The notes beneath the pieces were generated by a model. That model was not told the DNA's origin. It did not search any database and was given only the letters and a program-made list of their open reading frames with translations. Made by a program: the position numbers and the translations under genes. A stretch of DNA of 64,000 nucleotides from Candidatus Kaiserbacteria bacterium (GTDB taxonomy: Bacteria; Patescibacteriota; Minisyncoccia; Phycocordibacterales; UBA2100). Numbering within the stretch: the first letter of the stretch is position 1; every line of letters begins with the position of its first letter. The stretch lies in NCBI GenBank assembly GCA_016186765.1, contig JACPLD010000001.1, positions 42,560 through 106,559 on the forward strand, in the 5' to 3' direction. Positions 37,485-45,920 of this stretch are shown in pieces.

Positions 37485-38348
37485 ATGAGTACTGTGGGAT
37501 TCGCGGGCCGTTCGCTGCGTGCGCCGGTGAATGTGCTGATAACAAAGGCTGACGGTGAACAGGAACCCTTCGACCCGGAGAAATTACTCGCATCGCTGGA
37601 ACACTCCGGCGCATCCGCAGCAATCTGCGATCGCATTGTCTCCCACATCTTGGAAGAGTTGCGTCCCGGTATGACAACGGAGGAGATCTATCGACACGCG
37701 TACGAGATGCTGCGAAGGGAGGAAGAGCAGCCTGTTGCTGCGCGTTATTCGGTAAAGCGAGCGCTCTTCGCACTTGGCCCCTCCGGTTTTCCGTTCGAGC
37801 AATTTTTAGCGGAAGTTCTGCGCGCGCATGGATGGAGCGTACGCACGGGCGTTGCGCTCACGGGACGTTGTGCGCCGCACGAAGTCGACGTGTTCGCAGA
37901 GAAGGGTGGGCGGCGTGTAGGTATTGAGGCGAAATTCCACAATGAGCCCGGCGGAAAAACCGATATCAAAGACGCGCTCTACGTGAAAGCACGGTACGAA
38001 GATCTTCGCAACTCTCCCGATACCTCGTCGCGGGTAGACGAAGGCTGGCTCGTCACCAACACGACGTTCACTCGAAACGCGATCCGCTACGCGCAATGCT
38101 CGAACCTCACGCTCATTGCATGGGATTATCCGCGTGAGAACAACCTCATGCAGATGATAGAAGAAGCACGTGTGCATCCACTCACCTGTCTCACCACGCT
38201 CACCGAGGGCGAAAAGCACAGACTCCTCGACAATAAGATCGTGCTATGCAAAAGCATTTCCTCACCGCACCTCTTGAGCGAATACGGTGTAAAGCCCGCA
38301 CGCATTCCACAGGTTCTCTACGAAGCACAACGCCTGTGTGGCGTTTGA
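37485..38348 (+). CDS. ATP-cone domain fused to a restriction-endonuclease-like (PD-(D/E)xK) domain
   Basis: N-terminal ITKADGEQEPFDPEKLLASLEHSG..ICDRIVSHILEEL resembles ATP-cone (NrdR/RNR-like); central HEVDVFAEKGGRRVGIEAKF resembles an Mrr/PD-(D/E)xK catalytic core. Confidence 0.5.
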   Translation: MSTVGFAGRSLRAPVNVLITKADGEQEPFDPEKLLASLEHSGASAAICDRIVSHILEELRPGMTTEEIYRHAYEMLRREEEQPVAARYSVKRALFALGPSGFPFEQFLAEVLRAHGWSVRTGVALTGRCAPHEVDVFAEKGGRRVGIEAKFHNEPGGKTDIKDALYVKARYEDLRNSPDTSSRVDEGWLVTNTTFTRNAIRYAQCSNLTLIAWDYPRENNLMQMIEEARVHPLTCLTTLTEGEKHRLLDNKIVLCKSISSPHLLSEYGVKPARIPQVLYEAQRLCGV

Positions 38349-38397
38349 ATTCACACATTTGCCTTTTGCCCTTTGCTTTTTGCCTTAGAATTAAGGT

Positions 38398-38922
38398 ATG
38401 CCTACTCCCGAAAGCTTCTTGGATCCGAACATTGTCGTTTTTGGGAAACTTCTGCTTGCGATGGTGCTCGGCGGCATCATCGGGACTGAGCGCGCCGTCA
38501 TCGCCAAGCAAGCTGCGGGCACGCGCACGTTTGGGCTCGTCTCGCTCGGCGCATGTCTTTTTATCGTTGTAGGGAGCTATGTCGACACCGCCTACCTCGG
38601 GATTCTTTCTTTTGATCCGCTGCGCATCGGCGCGGCCGTTATTATGGGCATCGGCTTTTTGGGCGGGGGGCTCATTATCTTTCGAGGCGACTCACTCCAT
38701 GGCGTGACGACAGCCGCGGGCCTCTGGATCGTCTCTGGGATCGGCATGGCCGTGGGTTTTGGCATGTACAGCGTTTCCATCTTCGCGACACTCCTCGCGC
38801 TCATCATGTTCACCGGCATGTGGTACGTGGAAAATCGCTTCAAGCACTGGTTCGAAGATCACGAGCTCGTACGGCCAGATCATCAGAACGAGACACAAAA
38901 TCACACTACTAGCACGTCATAA
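38398..38922 (+). CDS. mgtC: MgtC/SapB family membrane protein
   Basis: LLLAMVLGGIIGTERAVIAKQAAGTRTFGLVSLGACLF, typical MgtC N-terminal domain. Confidence 0.75.
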   Translation: MPTPESFLDPNIVVFGKLLLAMVLGGIIGTERAVIAKQAAGTRTFGLVSLGACLFIVVGSYVDTAYLGILSFDPLRIGAAVIMGIGFLGGGLIIFRGDSLHGVTTAAGLWIVSGIGMAVGFGMYSVSIFATLLALIMFTGMWYVENRFKHWFEDHELVRPDHQNETQNHTTSTS

Positions 38923-38946
38923 GTCTCGAGTACTTCCACTTACGAA

Positions 38947-39762
38947 GTGCGGCGAACGGGTTATACTTCGCTGATGCCGAGAGGATACGTGCGCCGCACG
39001 AGAGGGCTTTATAATCCGAAAGACGGTGAGCCGTTTCGCATAAGCCGCTCGAAGATCGATCTCTTTTTGGAATGCCCACGCTGCTTCTGGCTCGATCAGC
39101 GTCTTGGCGTGAAGCGCCCGGAGTGGCCCGCATTTTCCTTAAACAATGCCGTCGACGAGCTTTTGAAGCGAGAGTTCGACATCCATCGCGCCAAAGGCGA
39201 GCCTCACCCTCTCATGAAGACTTACAAGGTTGATGCGATCCCGCTCAAGGACCCGCGCATGGACGAGTGGCGCGATGCGATGCGCCGCGGCGTTCAGTTC
39301 CACCATGCGCGGACGAATTTGATACTCCGCGGCGGCGTGGACGATGTGTGGGTCACGCCCCAAAACGAGCTCGTCGTCGTCGATTACAAGGCGACAAGCA
39401 AGAAGGAGGAAGTCTCGCTCGATGGCTACTGGCAGCAAGCGTATAAGCGACAGGTTGAAGTGTACCAATGGCTCTTACGTAAGAATGGGCTCACGGTCTC
39501 CGATACCGCATACTTTGTCTACGTGAACGCAAAGAGCGACGTAGCAGCTTTCGACGGCAGACTTGAGTTTGACGTAAGGCTTCTTTCGTACAAAGGCGAT
39601 GATTCGTGGATCGAGCCGACGATTCTTAAACTCGCGGAGTGCCTCCGTTCAGAATCTATTCCCGAGCGCTCCAAAACATGCGAATACTGTGGGTATCGGG
39701 AAGAAGCGGGCAAAGAGTTGCAAGCGCGTGTGAAGAGAGAAACCAAAAGTCTTGGCATATAA
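38947..39762 (+). CDS. PD-(D/E)xK nuclease superfamily protein, Cas4/RecB-exonuclease-like with Cys cluster
   Basis: N-terminal CPRC plus C-terminal C..C.YC cysteines (Fe-S-like spacing); central VVVDYKAT..QVEVYQWLL nuclease core. Confidence 0.5.
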   Translation: MRRTGYTSLMPRGYVRRTRGLYNPKDGEPFRISRSKIDLFLECPRCFWLDQRLGVKRPEWPAFSLNNAVDELLKREFDIHRAKGEPHPLMKTYKVDAIPLKDPRMDEWRDAMRRGVQFHHARTNLILRGGVDDVWVTPQNELVVVDYKATSKKEEVSLDGYWQQAYKRQVEVYQWLLRKNGLTVSDTAYFVYVNAKSDVAAFDGRLEFDVRLLSYKGDDSWIEPTILKLAECLRSESIPERSKTCEYCGYREEAGKELQARVKRETKSLGI

Positions 39763-39770
39763 TCATAACG

Positions 39771-40031
39771 ATGAAGACGTTTGCAGAAAGGGTTCGCGCA
39801 GTCGTTCGTAAAATCTCGAAAGGGAAGACCATGACCTACGCGCAAGTCGCGCGTGCCGCCGGTAGGCCCCGAGCTGCTCGGGGGGTAGGTGCTATCATGC
39901 GAAGCAATTACGACGAACGCATTCCGTGCCATCGTGTCGTTCGCTCGGATGGCAAGCTCGGTGGATACAATCGCGGTGGCACGGGACGCAAGCGAACGAT
40001 TTTGAAGAAAGAAGGTGTGTATGAGTGGTGA
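39771..40031 (+). CDS. MGMT family protein (methylated-DNA-protein-cysteine methyltransferase DNA-binding domain)
   Basis: MTYAQVARAAGRPRAARGVGAIMRSN..IPCHRVV active-site region. Confidence 0.7.
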   Translation: MKTFAERVRAVVRKISKGKTMTYAQVARAAGRPRAARGVGAIMRSNYDERIPCHRVVRSDGKLGGYNRGGTGRKRTILKKEGVYEW

Positions 40032-40614
40032 GAAGTACGAGAAGATGAAACAGATTCGGGATGAGGTGGTCGCGCTTCAAGGTGGACTGGCGGATTACCG
40101 GCGGGAGAACAACTACCACGCGGTCTTGGGGGAGGGAAGCCATGATGCGAAAATTATGTTCATCGGTGAAGCGCCGGGACAGAACGAGGCGAAAACGGGG
40201 CGACCTTTTTGTGGCGCTGCGGGCAAACTTCTCGATCAATTGCTCGAAGGAATAGGCGTCCCACGCGATAGTGTCTACATCACCAACATCGTGAAGGATA
40301 GGCCGCCGGGAAATCGCGATCCCTTGCCAAGCGAGATCGAGCTCTACGCGCCCTTCCTCGACAGGCAGATCGAAATTATCCAGCCAAAGTGCATCTCGAC
40401 GCTCGGCCGCTTCTCGATGGAGTACATCATGCGAAAGTTTGGTCTCTCATTCGAGCTCGAGCCCATCAGCCGCGCGCATGGCAAAAGCTACGAAGCAGAG
40501 ACCTCGTGGGGCCCGATGAAAATCGTCCCCCAATACCATCCCGCCGCCGCGATTTATAACCAATCCCTCGTCGAAACCCTCAAAAAAGATTTTCAGATCC
40601 TAAAAACCATCTAG
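40021..40614 (+). CDS. udg: uracil-DNA glycosylase, family 4
   Basis: IMFIGEAPGQNE..GRPFCGAAGKLL..HPAAAIY motifs of type-4 UDG. Confidence 0.8.
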   Translation: MSGEKYEKMKQIRDEVVALQGGLADYRRENNYHAVLGEGSHDAKIMFIGEAPGQNEAKTGRPFCGAAGKLLDQLLEGIGVPRDSVYITNIVKDRPPGNRDPLPSEIELYAPFLDRQIEIIQPKCISTLGRFSMEYIMRKFGLSFELEPISRAHGKSYEAETSWGPMKIVPQYHPAAAIYNQSLVETLKKDFQILKTI

Positions 40615-40619
40615 CCACT

Positions 40620-40647
40620 ATATTCTAATTCGCGCGAATTAGAATAT
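40620..40647. repeat. perfect 28-bp palindrome CTATATTCTAATTCGCGCGAATTAGAATATAG between convergent genes
   Basis: Read directly; no adjoining U-tract, so it is a bidirectional terminator or a protein-binding site. Confidence 0.4.
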
Positions 40648-40755
40648 AGGCATGAATACCTCCGCAAGGATTTTCAGGTGTTGAAAGAGATATAAAAAGC
40701 CACCCCCTCGCGCAAGACGAGAGTTTGGCTCTTTGTCCCGCGAGGGGGATATGGA

Positions 40756-41031
40756 TCACGCCGTTTGCTGTCTGCGTTTCGCTAATCGCGCGTTCATGGC
40801 GTCCGCGTCAATGTTACCGGAGAGTGGTGCGATAGGCACTTCCGTAACTTCGGCAAGTGCCTGCTTCGCAGCGTCTTCGTCGGGGAAGTAATAACATGAG
40901 CATCCCCATGTTCCGCCCAACTGTAGGTAATCTGCGAATTCGCTAACGCTGCGGCTCACATAGAATTTGCCAACCAGGGCAGCGATGCCACTCGGCGCAC
41001 GCCTGACTCGCGGTTTGTCTCTGTTACACAT
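40756..41031 (-). CDS. hypothetical protein
   Basis: ORF MCNRDKPRVRRAPSGIAALVGKFYVS..; no family recognised. Confidence 0.35.
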   Translation of the reverse strand: MCNRDKPRVRRAPSGIAALVGKFYVSRSVSEFADYLQLGGTWGCSCYYFPDEDAAKQALAEVTEVPIAPLSGNIDADAMNARLAKRRQQTA

Positions 41032-41164
41032 GGCCGTATCCTCCGTTTGCCGCGCAGATAGTACAACACGGTGCAACGTTCGTCAACCAAAACTCCTCTG
41101 CAAGGATTTGAGGATGTTGACGAAAGTGCTTGGAGTTACCGCGTAGTCGAGGTATAAAGTCGCC

Positions 41165-41338
41165 ATGAACTGGAACCTGTTTGGCCTGAACCCGAAGTTC
41201 AAGGATTTCATCGAGAAATATCCCAATAAAACTGTTTTAGGAGTTGCTTGGGCGATGTATTGGCGGTTCCTGGTACTAGTACTGGCACTTGAGATGATTA
41301 TTGGAATTATTTTTGTCCTTTCGAATATTATTTTCTGA
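41165..41338 (+). CDS. possible small membrane protein (57 aa), not in the ORF track
   Basis: ATG..TGA ORF MNWNLFGLNPKFKDFIEKYPNKTVLGVAWAMYWRFLVLVLALEMIIGIIFVLSNIIF with a clear TM helix; its 3' end overlaps the convergent peptidase gene. Confidence 0.3.
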   Translation: MNWNLFGLNPKFKDFIEKYPNKTVLGVAWAMYWRFLVLVLALEMIIGIIFVLSNIIF

Positions 41339-42599
41339 GAAGGGTGAGTGATGCATCCTTATTTGTGTGCGGGCCGATGATGGCGAGGTTGAGGCGCTCG
41401 GTACGTAGCAGGTCGCGGGCGACGCGTTCTATGTCGGCGGCGGAGACAGTGTCAATGCCTTCGAGCATCTCTTCGAGCAGGCGGACGCGAGCGAGATTGA
41501 TCATCGAGGTCGCCGCGTGATTCGCTATCTCGTCGCTCGTTTCAAGCGAGAGCGTCATGGTGCCCTTGATGTACTGCTTTGCTTTCGCAAGCTCCGCCGC
41601 CGACACCTTCGTCTTCTTTATCTTCTTAAACTCATCGAGAATCGTCTTCACCGTCTTCTCGAGCTTCGCGTGCTCGACGCCGGCTTGTACGGCGAGATAG
41701 CCGGTGTCGGGGTAGCGTTCCACCCACGCGTGCACGGAGTAGGCGAGACCGCGCTTCTCACGCACTTCGAGGAAGAGGCGGCTGCTCATGCCCGCGCCGA
41801 GGATGGTCGAGAGCACCGCGAGCGCGTATTCATCTTTGTGTAAATACGGATACGCCGGCACGCCGAGGATGAAGTGCGTCTGGTCAGTCTTCTTTTCTTT
41901 TATCGAGACTCTTGGTTCATTCTGTTCCGAGACGAACGCGATGAAGTTCGGAGGATTGCCATGCGGGAGCCTCCCGAAGTCTTTCTTTATTCTCGCGAGC
42001 ACTTTCTTTTCGTCGAATGAGCCGGCGATACAAACGACCGTATTGAGCGGCGTGTAGTTGCGCTTCAGGTAGGCAGCAAAATCTTTGCGCGTGAACGAGC
42101 GAATGTTCTCCTTTGGCCCAAGGATTGTTCGCCCGAGCGGATGCTCTTTGCCGAAAAGGAGTGCCTCGAACACATTGTCCACTGTGCGCATCGGCATGTC
42201 TTCGTACATGTCTATCTCTTGAATAATTGCACCGCGCTCCTTCGTTATTTCCTTTTCAGGCAGCCTCGAGTTGAGAAAGATGTCGCTAATGACGTCGAGT
42301 GCAGTATCAAGGTATTGCTCCGAGACTTTGGCAAAGTAGGCGGTGCGCTCTTTGGCAGTAAAGGCGTTGTAGACTGCACCAATGCCGTCGAGCTCCTCGC
42401 TGATAGCTTTTGCGCTCGGCCGCTTTTGGGTGCCTTTGAAAAACATGTGCTCCAAAAAGTGCGCGAGGCCGTTCTCATGACCGTTTTCATAGCGTGAGCC
42501 CGTGCCCGTCATCACGATTACTGTCGCCGTCCTGTTCTCCGGCATTGGTGCGAGCACGATACGCAAGCCGTTTTTCAACGTATGAGCGATGTATTGCAT
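41328..42599 (-). CDS. M16 family zinc peptidase (insulinase-like)
   Basis: HFLEHMFFKGT inverted zinc-binding motif (HxxEH), ~424 aa. Confidence 0.8.
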   Translation of the reverse strand: MQYIAHTLKNGLRIVLAPMPENRTATVIVMTGTGSRYENGHENGLAHFLEHMFFKGTQKRPSAKAISEELDGIGAVYNAFTAKERTAYFAKVSEQYLDTALDVISDIFLNSRLPEKEITKERGAIIQEIDMYEDMPMRTVDNVFEALLFGKEHPLGRTILGPKENIRSFTRKDFAAYLKRNYTPLNTVVCIAGSFDEKKVLARIKKDFGRLPHGNPPNFIAFVSEQNEPRVSIKEKKTDQTHFILGVPAYPYLHKDEYALAVLSTILGAGMSSRLFLEVREKRGLAYSVHAWVERYPDTGYLAVQAGVEHAKLEKTVKTILDEFKKIKKTKVSAAELAKAKQYIKGTMTLSLETSDEIANHAATSMINLARVRLLEEMLEGIDTVSAADIERVARDLLRTERLNLAIIGPHTNKDASLTLLRK

Positions 42600-42680
42600 T
42601 GCTGCGCATAGTATCGCCTCGTCCATCTTACAGCAACAAAATCTCGCCATTCCTCGGAGGCAGTGATAAACTCATGGTCA

Positions 42681-44582
42681 ATGACGGTCAACGAAATTCG
42701 GGCAAAGTACCTCGAGTTCTTTGAGAAGCGCGGACACTTCATCATCTCCTCCGCTTCGCTCGTGCCCCACAACGATCCGACGACGCTCTTTACGGGAAGC
42801 GGCATGCAGCCTCTCATCCCATATCTCCTCGGCAAAGACCATCCCGCCGGAAAACGCCTCGCTAATTCACAGAAGAGCTTCCGCACCGAAGACATCGAGG
42901 AGGTGGGCGACAACCGCCACACGACCTTTTTCGAGATGCTCGGCAACTGGTCTTTGGGCGACTACTTTAAGAAAGAAGAACTTCCGTGGCTGTTTGAATT
43001 CCTTACCGACGAGATCGACCTCGATCCCTCGAAGCTCTACGTAACCGCATTCGCTGGCGACGAAAGGCTCAAACTTTCTCGTGACACCGAATCAGCGGCC
43101 ATTTGGAAAGAGCTTTTCGCGAAGAAGGGAATTGATGCGAGAGACGTCGTCATCGGTTCGCAAGAAGACGGTGCTCGCCTCGGGATGCAAGGTGGACGCA
43201 TTTTTTATTACGATGCAACCAAGAACTGGTGGAGTAGAGCGGGCGCGCCGGAGAACATGCCCGCTGGAGAGCCGGGAGGACCGGACTCGGAAATTTTCTA
43301 CGATTTTGGTCTGCCGCATGATGCCCGCTTCGGCGACGAGTGTCATCCGAATTGCGACTGCGGACGCTTCCTCGAGATCGGGAATTCGGTCTTCATGCAG
43401 TACATCAAGAAGAGTTTGCCAGCTCCCGAGGGTTCCTTCGGCCTCTTGCCGAAGCAGAACGTCGACTTTGGCGGAGGCTTAGAGCGCATCGCAGCGGCTT
43501 CCGAGAACAGTGCAGACATCTTCGCCATAGATGTTTTTTCCGACATCATCGGGCTCCTCATTCACTTCTCCAAAAAGGAGTATACCGACAGCCGCTATGC
43601 ACGGAGCTTCCGCATCATCGCCGATCACATCCGCGCGGCAACCTTCATCATTAGCGACGGTGTGAAGCCTTCGAATACCGAGCGCGGCTACGTGCTTCGC
43701 CGTCTCATCCGCCGCGCAGCCCAGCACGCTCTCAAGCTATCGGTGGGCGACAAAGACAAAGAAGACAGCATGCTCGTGCGGGCAGCTGTCGTCACGATCG
43801 AGAAATACAAGGAGGTGTATCCCGAGCTCGATGGCGAGGCGGCCTACAAGGAGATCACCGAGACGATCTGGAACGAGGAGAAACAATTCGCGCTTACGCT
43901 CGAGCGTGGCATGCGTGAGTTCGAGCGGATCGCTTCGACAGGGCACATCGAAGCGAGCGAGGCGTATACGCTCTTCACGACACACGGCTTTCCGTTCGAG
44001 ATGACACTCGAGCTCGCGAAAGAGCGCGGCATCGATGTTGACGAAGAAGGTTTTAAGAGGGAAATGAAGAAACACCAAGAAATTTCGCGTGCGGGCGTCA
44101 CCCAGAAATTCAGGGGAGGTCTTGCCGATACTTCGGAGAAAACGACACGCCTCCACACCGCGCATCACCTTCTTCTGAAAGCACTCCAGGTCGTGCTTGG
44201 TGCGCATGTGAAGCAACGTGGATCCAACATTACACAAGAACGCCTCCGCATCGATTTTTCACATGGCGAAAAAATGAGCAAAGAGCAACTTGCCGAGGTG
44301 GAGCGCATCGTGAATGAGAAGATACAGGAAGGCATACCGGTCATCCGGACAGAGATGTCAAAAGAGGAGGCCGAGAAACTGGGTGCCGAACACGAGTTCG
44401 GCGCAAAATATCCCGAGCGCGTATCCGTGTACTCCGTCGGCCCCCTCGATAAGGCCTTCTCAATAGAGTATTGCGGCGGCCCGCACGTTTCTAATACGAG
44501 CGAACTCAAAGGTACATTCAAAATACAAAAAGAAGAGGCGGTTGCGGCCGGTATCAGGAGAATCAAGGCTGTTCTCCAGTGA
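42681..44582 (+). CDS. alaS: alanine--tRNA ligase, short form lacking the C-terminal C-Ala domain
   Basis: MTVNEIRAKYLEFFEKRGHFIISSASLVPHNDPTTLFTGSGMQP class II AlaRS N-terminus; editing-domain HxxxH and CGGPHV motifs present; ~633 aa. Confidence 0.85.
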   Translation: MTVNEIRAKYLEFFEKRGHFIISSASLVPHNDPTTLFTGSGMQPLIPYLLGKDHPAGKRLANSQKSFRTEDIEEVGDNRHTTFFEMLGNWSLGDYFKKEELPWLFEFLTDEIDLDPSKLYVTAFAGDERLKLSRDTESAAIWKELFAKKGIDARDVVIGSQEDGARLGMQGGRIFYYDATKNWWSRAGAPENMPAGEPGGPDSEIFYDFGLPHDARFGDECHPNCDCGRFLEIGNSVFMQYIKKSLPAPEGSFGLLPKQNVDFGGGLERIAAASENSADIFAIDVFSDIIGLLIHFSKKEYTDSRYARSFRIIADHIRAATFIISDGVKPSNTERGYVLRRLIRRAAQHALKLSVGDKDKEDSMLVRAAVVTIEKYKEVYPELDGEAAYKEITETIWNEEKQFALTLERGMREFERIASTGHIEASEAYTLFTTHGFPFEMTLELAKERGIDVDEEGFKREMKKHQEISRAGVTQKFRGGLADTSEKTTRLHTAHHLLLKALQVVLGAHVKQRGSNITQERLRIDFSHGEKMSKEQLAEVERIVNEKIQEGIPVIRTEMSKEEAEKLGAEHEFGAKYPERVSVYSVGPLDKAFSIEYCGGPHVSNTSELKGTFKIQKEEAVAAGIRRIKAVLQ

Positions 44583-44660
44583 ACAGAAAACATCAAACAG
44601 AGAACAGAAAATCCCAAAGTATTATCCCTTGTCCACTGTTCACTGTTCTCTGTTCTCTGT
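44582..44660. promoter_or_regulatory. family-2 inverted-repeat module (AACAGAAAACATCAAACAGAGAACAG ... CCACTGTTCACTGTTCTCTGTTCTCTG) ending at TATACT, 9 nt before the next ATG
   Basis: Read directly; a paralogous module lies at 48487..48574 upstream of rpsD. Confidence 0.5.
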
Positions 44661-44673
44661 ATACTGACTGACG

Positions 44674-45828
44674 ATGTTCCGCCTCACGGGGAAACAGAGT
44701 GGAAGGACGGTCGCCGTTGCCGATATCGGGAGCAGCAGTGTTGCTGTTGGTATCGTGCGCGTCGTGCCGCATGGAGGAGCTCGCGTGCTTGTTGCGGAGC
44801 GCGCAACCCTTCCTGTAAGCGAGCGGAGTTTGGAGGCGACCGCTACCGGAGTTATCTCCCTGCTAGAAGAAACGGCCACAAAAGTGCTCGCTACATATGC
44901 AGGAGCAGCGGAAAGGCCGAAGCATGTAGAAGCGGCGTACGCTGTCATTCATTCGCCTTGGACGCGCTCGAAAACGATCCGCGCCACATTGCAGCTTCCG
45001 GAAGAGTTGCGCATCGAGCGGGGGATGATCAGCAATCTTGCGCAAGAGGCACTACAGGCCGATGCCGAATATCAGCACGACAAAGTTCTTGAAGCCGGCG
45101 TTATCCGAGTGGAGTTGAATGGATATCCAACGCTAAAGCCTGTCGGGAAGCGCGCGCATCATGTCGCTGCCTCCGCACTTCTTTCGGAGTGCGACCCTCG
45201 CATTCGCGCGGGTGTCGCAGAGGTGCTTGCAAAGGTATTCGCATGTCCACCACCCACGCTTCGATCGGACACACGAGCCCTTCTCTCGGTCACGCGCGAG
45301 AGCTCTACACTTCCGAAAGAGGCGCTCATTGTCAATATGACGTACGAGGCGACCAACATTGTCGTTGTGCGAAAGGGTATCATTGCTGAAACGGCACTCG
45401 TTGCCGAAGGCATCGGCTCGATCTTGCGTCGCATTGCGGGGGAGAAAATGCCCGAAGAGACGCTTGCGCTGATACGGCTACTCGCGCTCGACCAGTGCGA
45501 CTCCGACGCATGCGAAGCGACAAAAGCGGCGATCGCTCGTGCCGAACCGGAGCTTGCGAGAATCTTCGGCGAAACGTTCGGTCACTTGAGTGCCTCGCGG
45601 CGCCTGCCTAACAGGCTCGTCCTTGTGGCCCATGAGGACCTCGCGGGATGGCTTTCGCGTTTTTTCGATCGCATTGACTTCGCGCCGTTCACGGTGACAA
45701 CGCGCCCATTCCTGCCAGTTCCGCTTTCGTTGGAAAGTATTAAAGAACTCGCCGTCTTCGAGAATGCGTCGGGAGACGTCTCGCTTGGCATTGCAGCCGC
45801 GCTTGTCAACATGGAAGAATACGTATGA
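44674..45828 (+). CDS. hypothetical protein, possibly ASKHA (actin/FtsA/PilM-like) fold
   Basis: N-terminal VAVADIGSSSVAVGIV resembles a phosphate-1 loop; otherwise unassigned. Confidence 0.4.
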   Translation: MFRLTGKQSGRTVAVADIGSSSVAVGIVRVVPHGGARVLVAERATLPVSERSLEATATGVISLLEETATKVLATYAGAAERPKHVEAAYAVIHSPWTRSKTIRATLQLPEELRIERGMISNLAQEALQADAEYQHDKVLEAGVIRVELNGYPTLKPVGKRAHHVAASALLSECDPRIRAGVAEVLAKVFACPPPTLRSDTRALLSVTRESSTLPKEALIVNMTYEATNIVVVRKGIIAETALVAEGIGSILRRIAGEKMPEETLALIRLLALDQCDSDACEATKAAIARAEPELARIFGETFGHLSASRRLPNRLVLVAHEDLAGWLSRFFDRIDFAPFTVTTRPFLPVPLSLESIKELAVFENASGDVSLGIAAALVNMEEYV

Positions 45829-45920
45829 GATATAGGGCACGGAGTATAGGGTATAATGCGAACCAATGGTAAATCCTTTTTCTTGCCGCCGTACGCGACA
45901 CTCCATACACGATACTTCTT

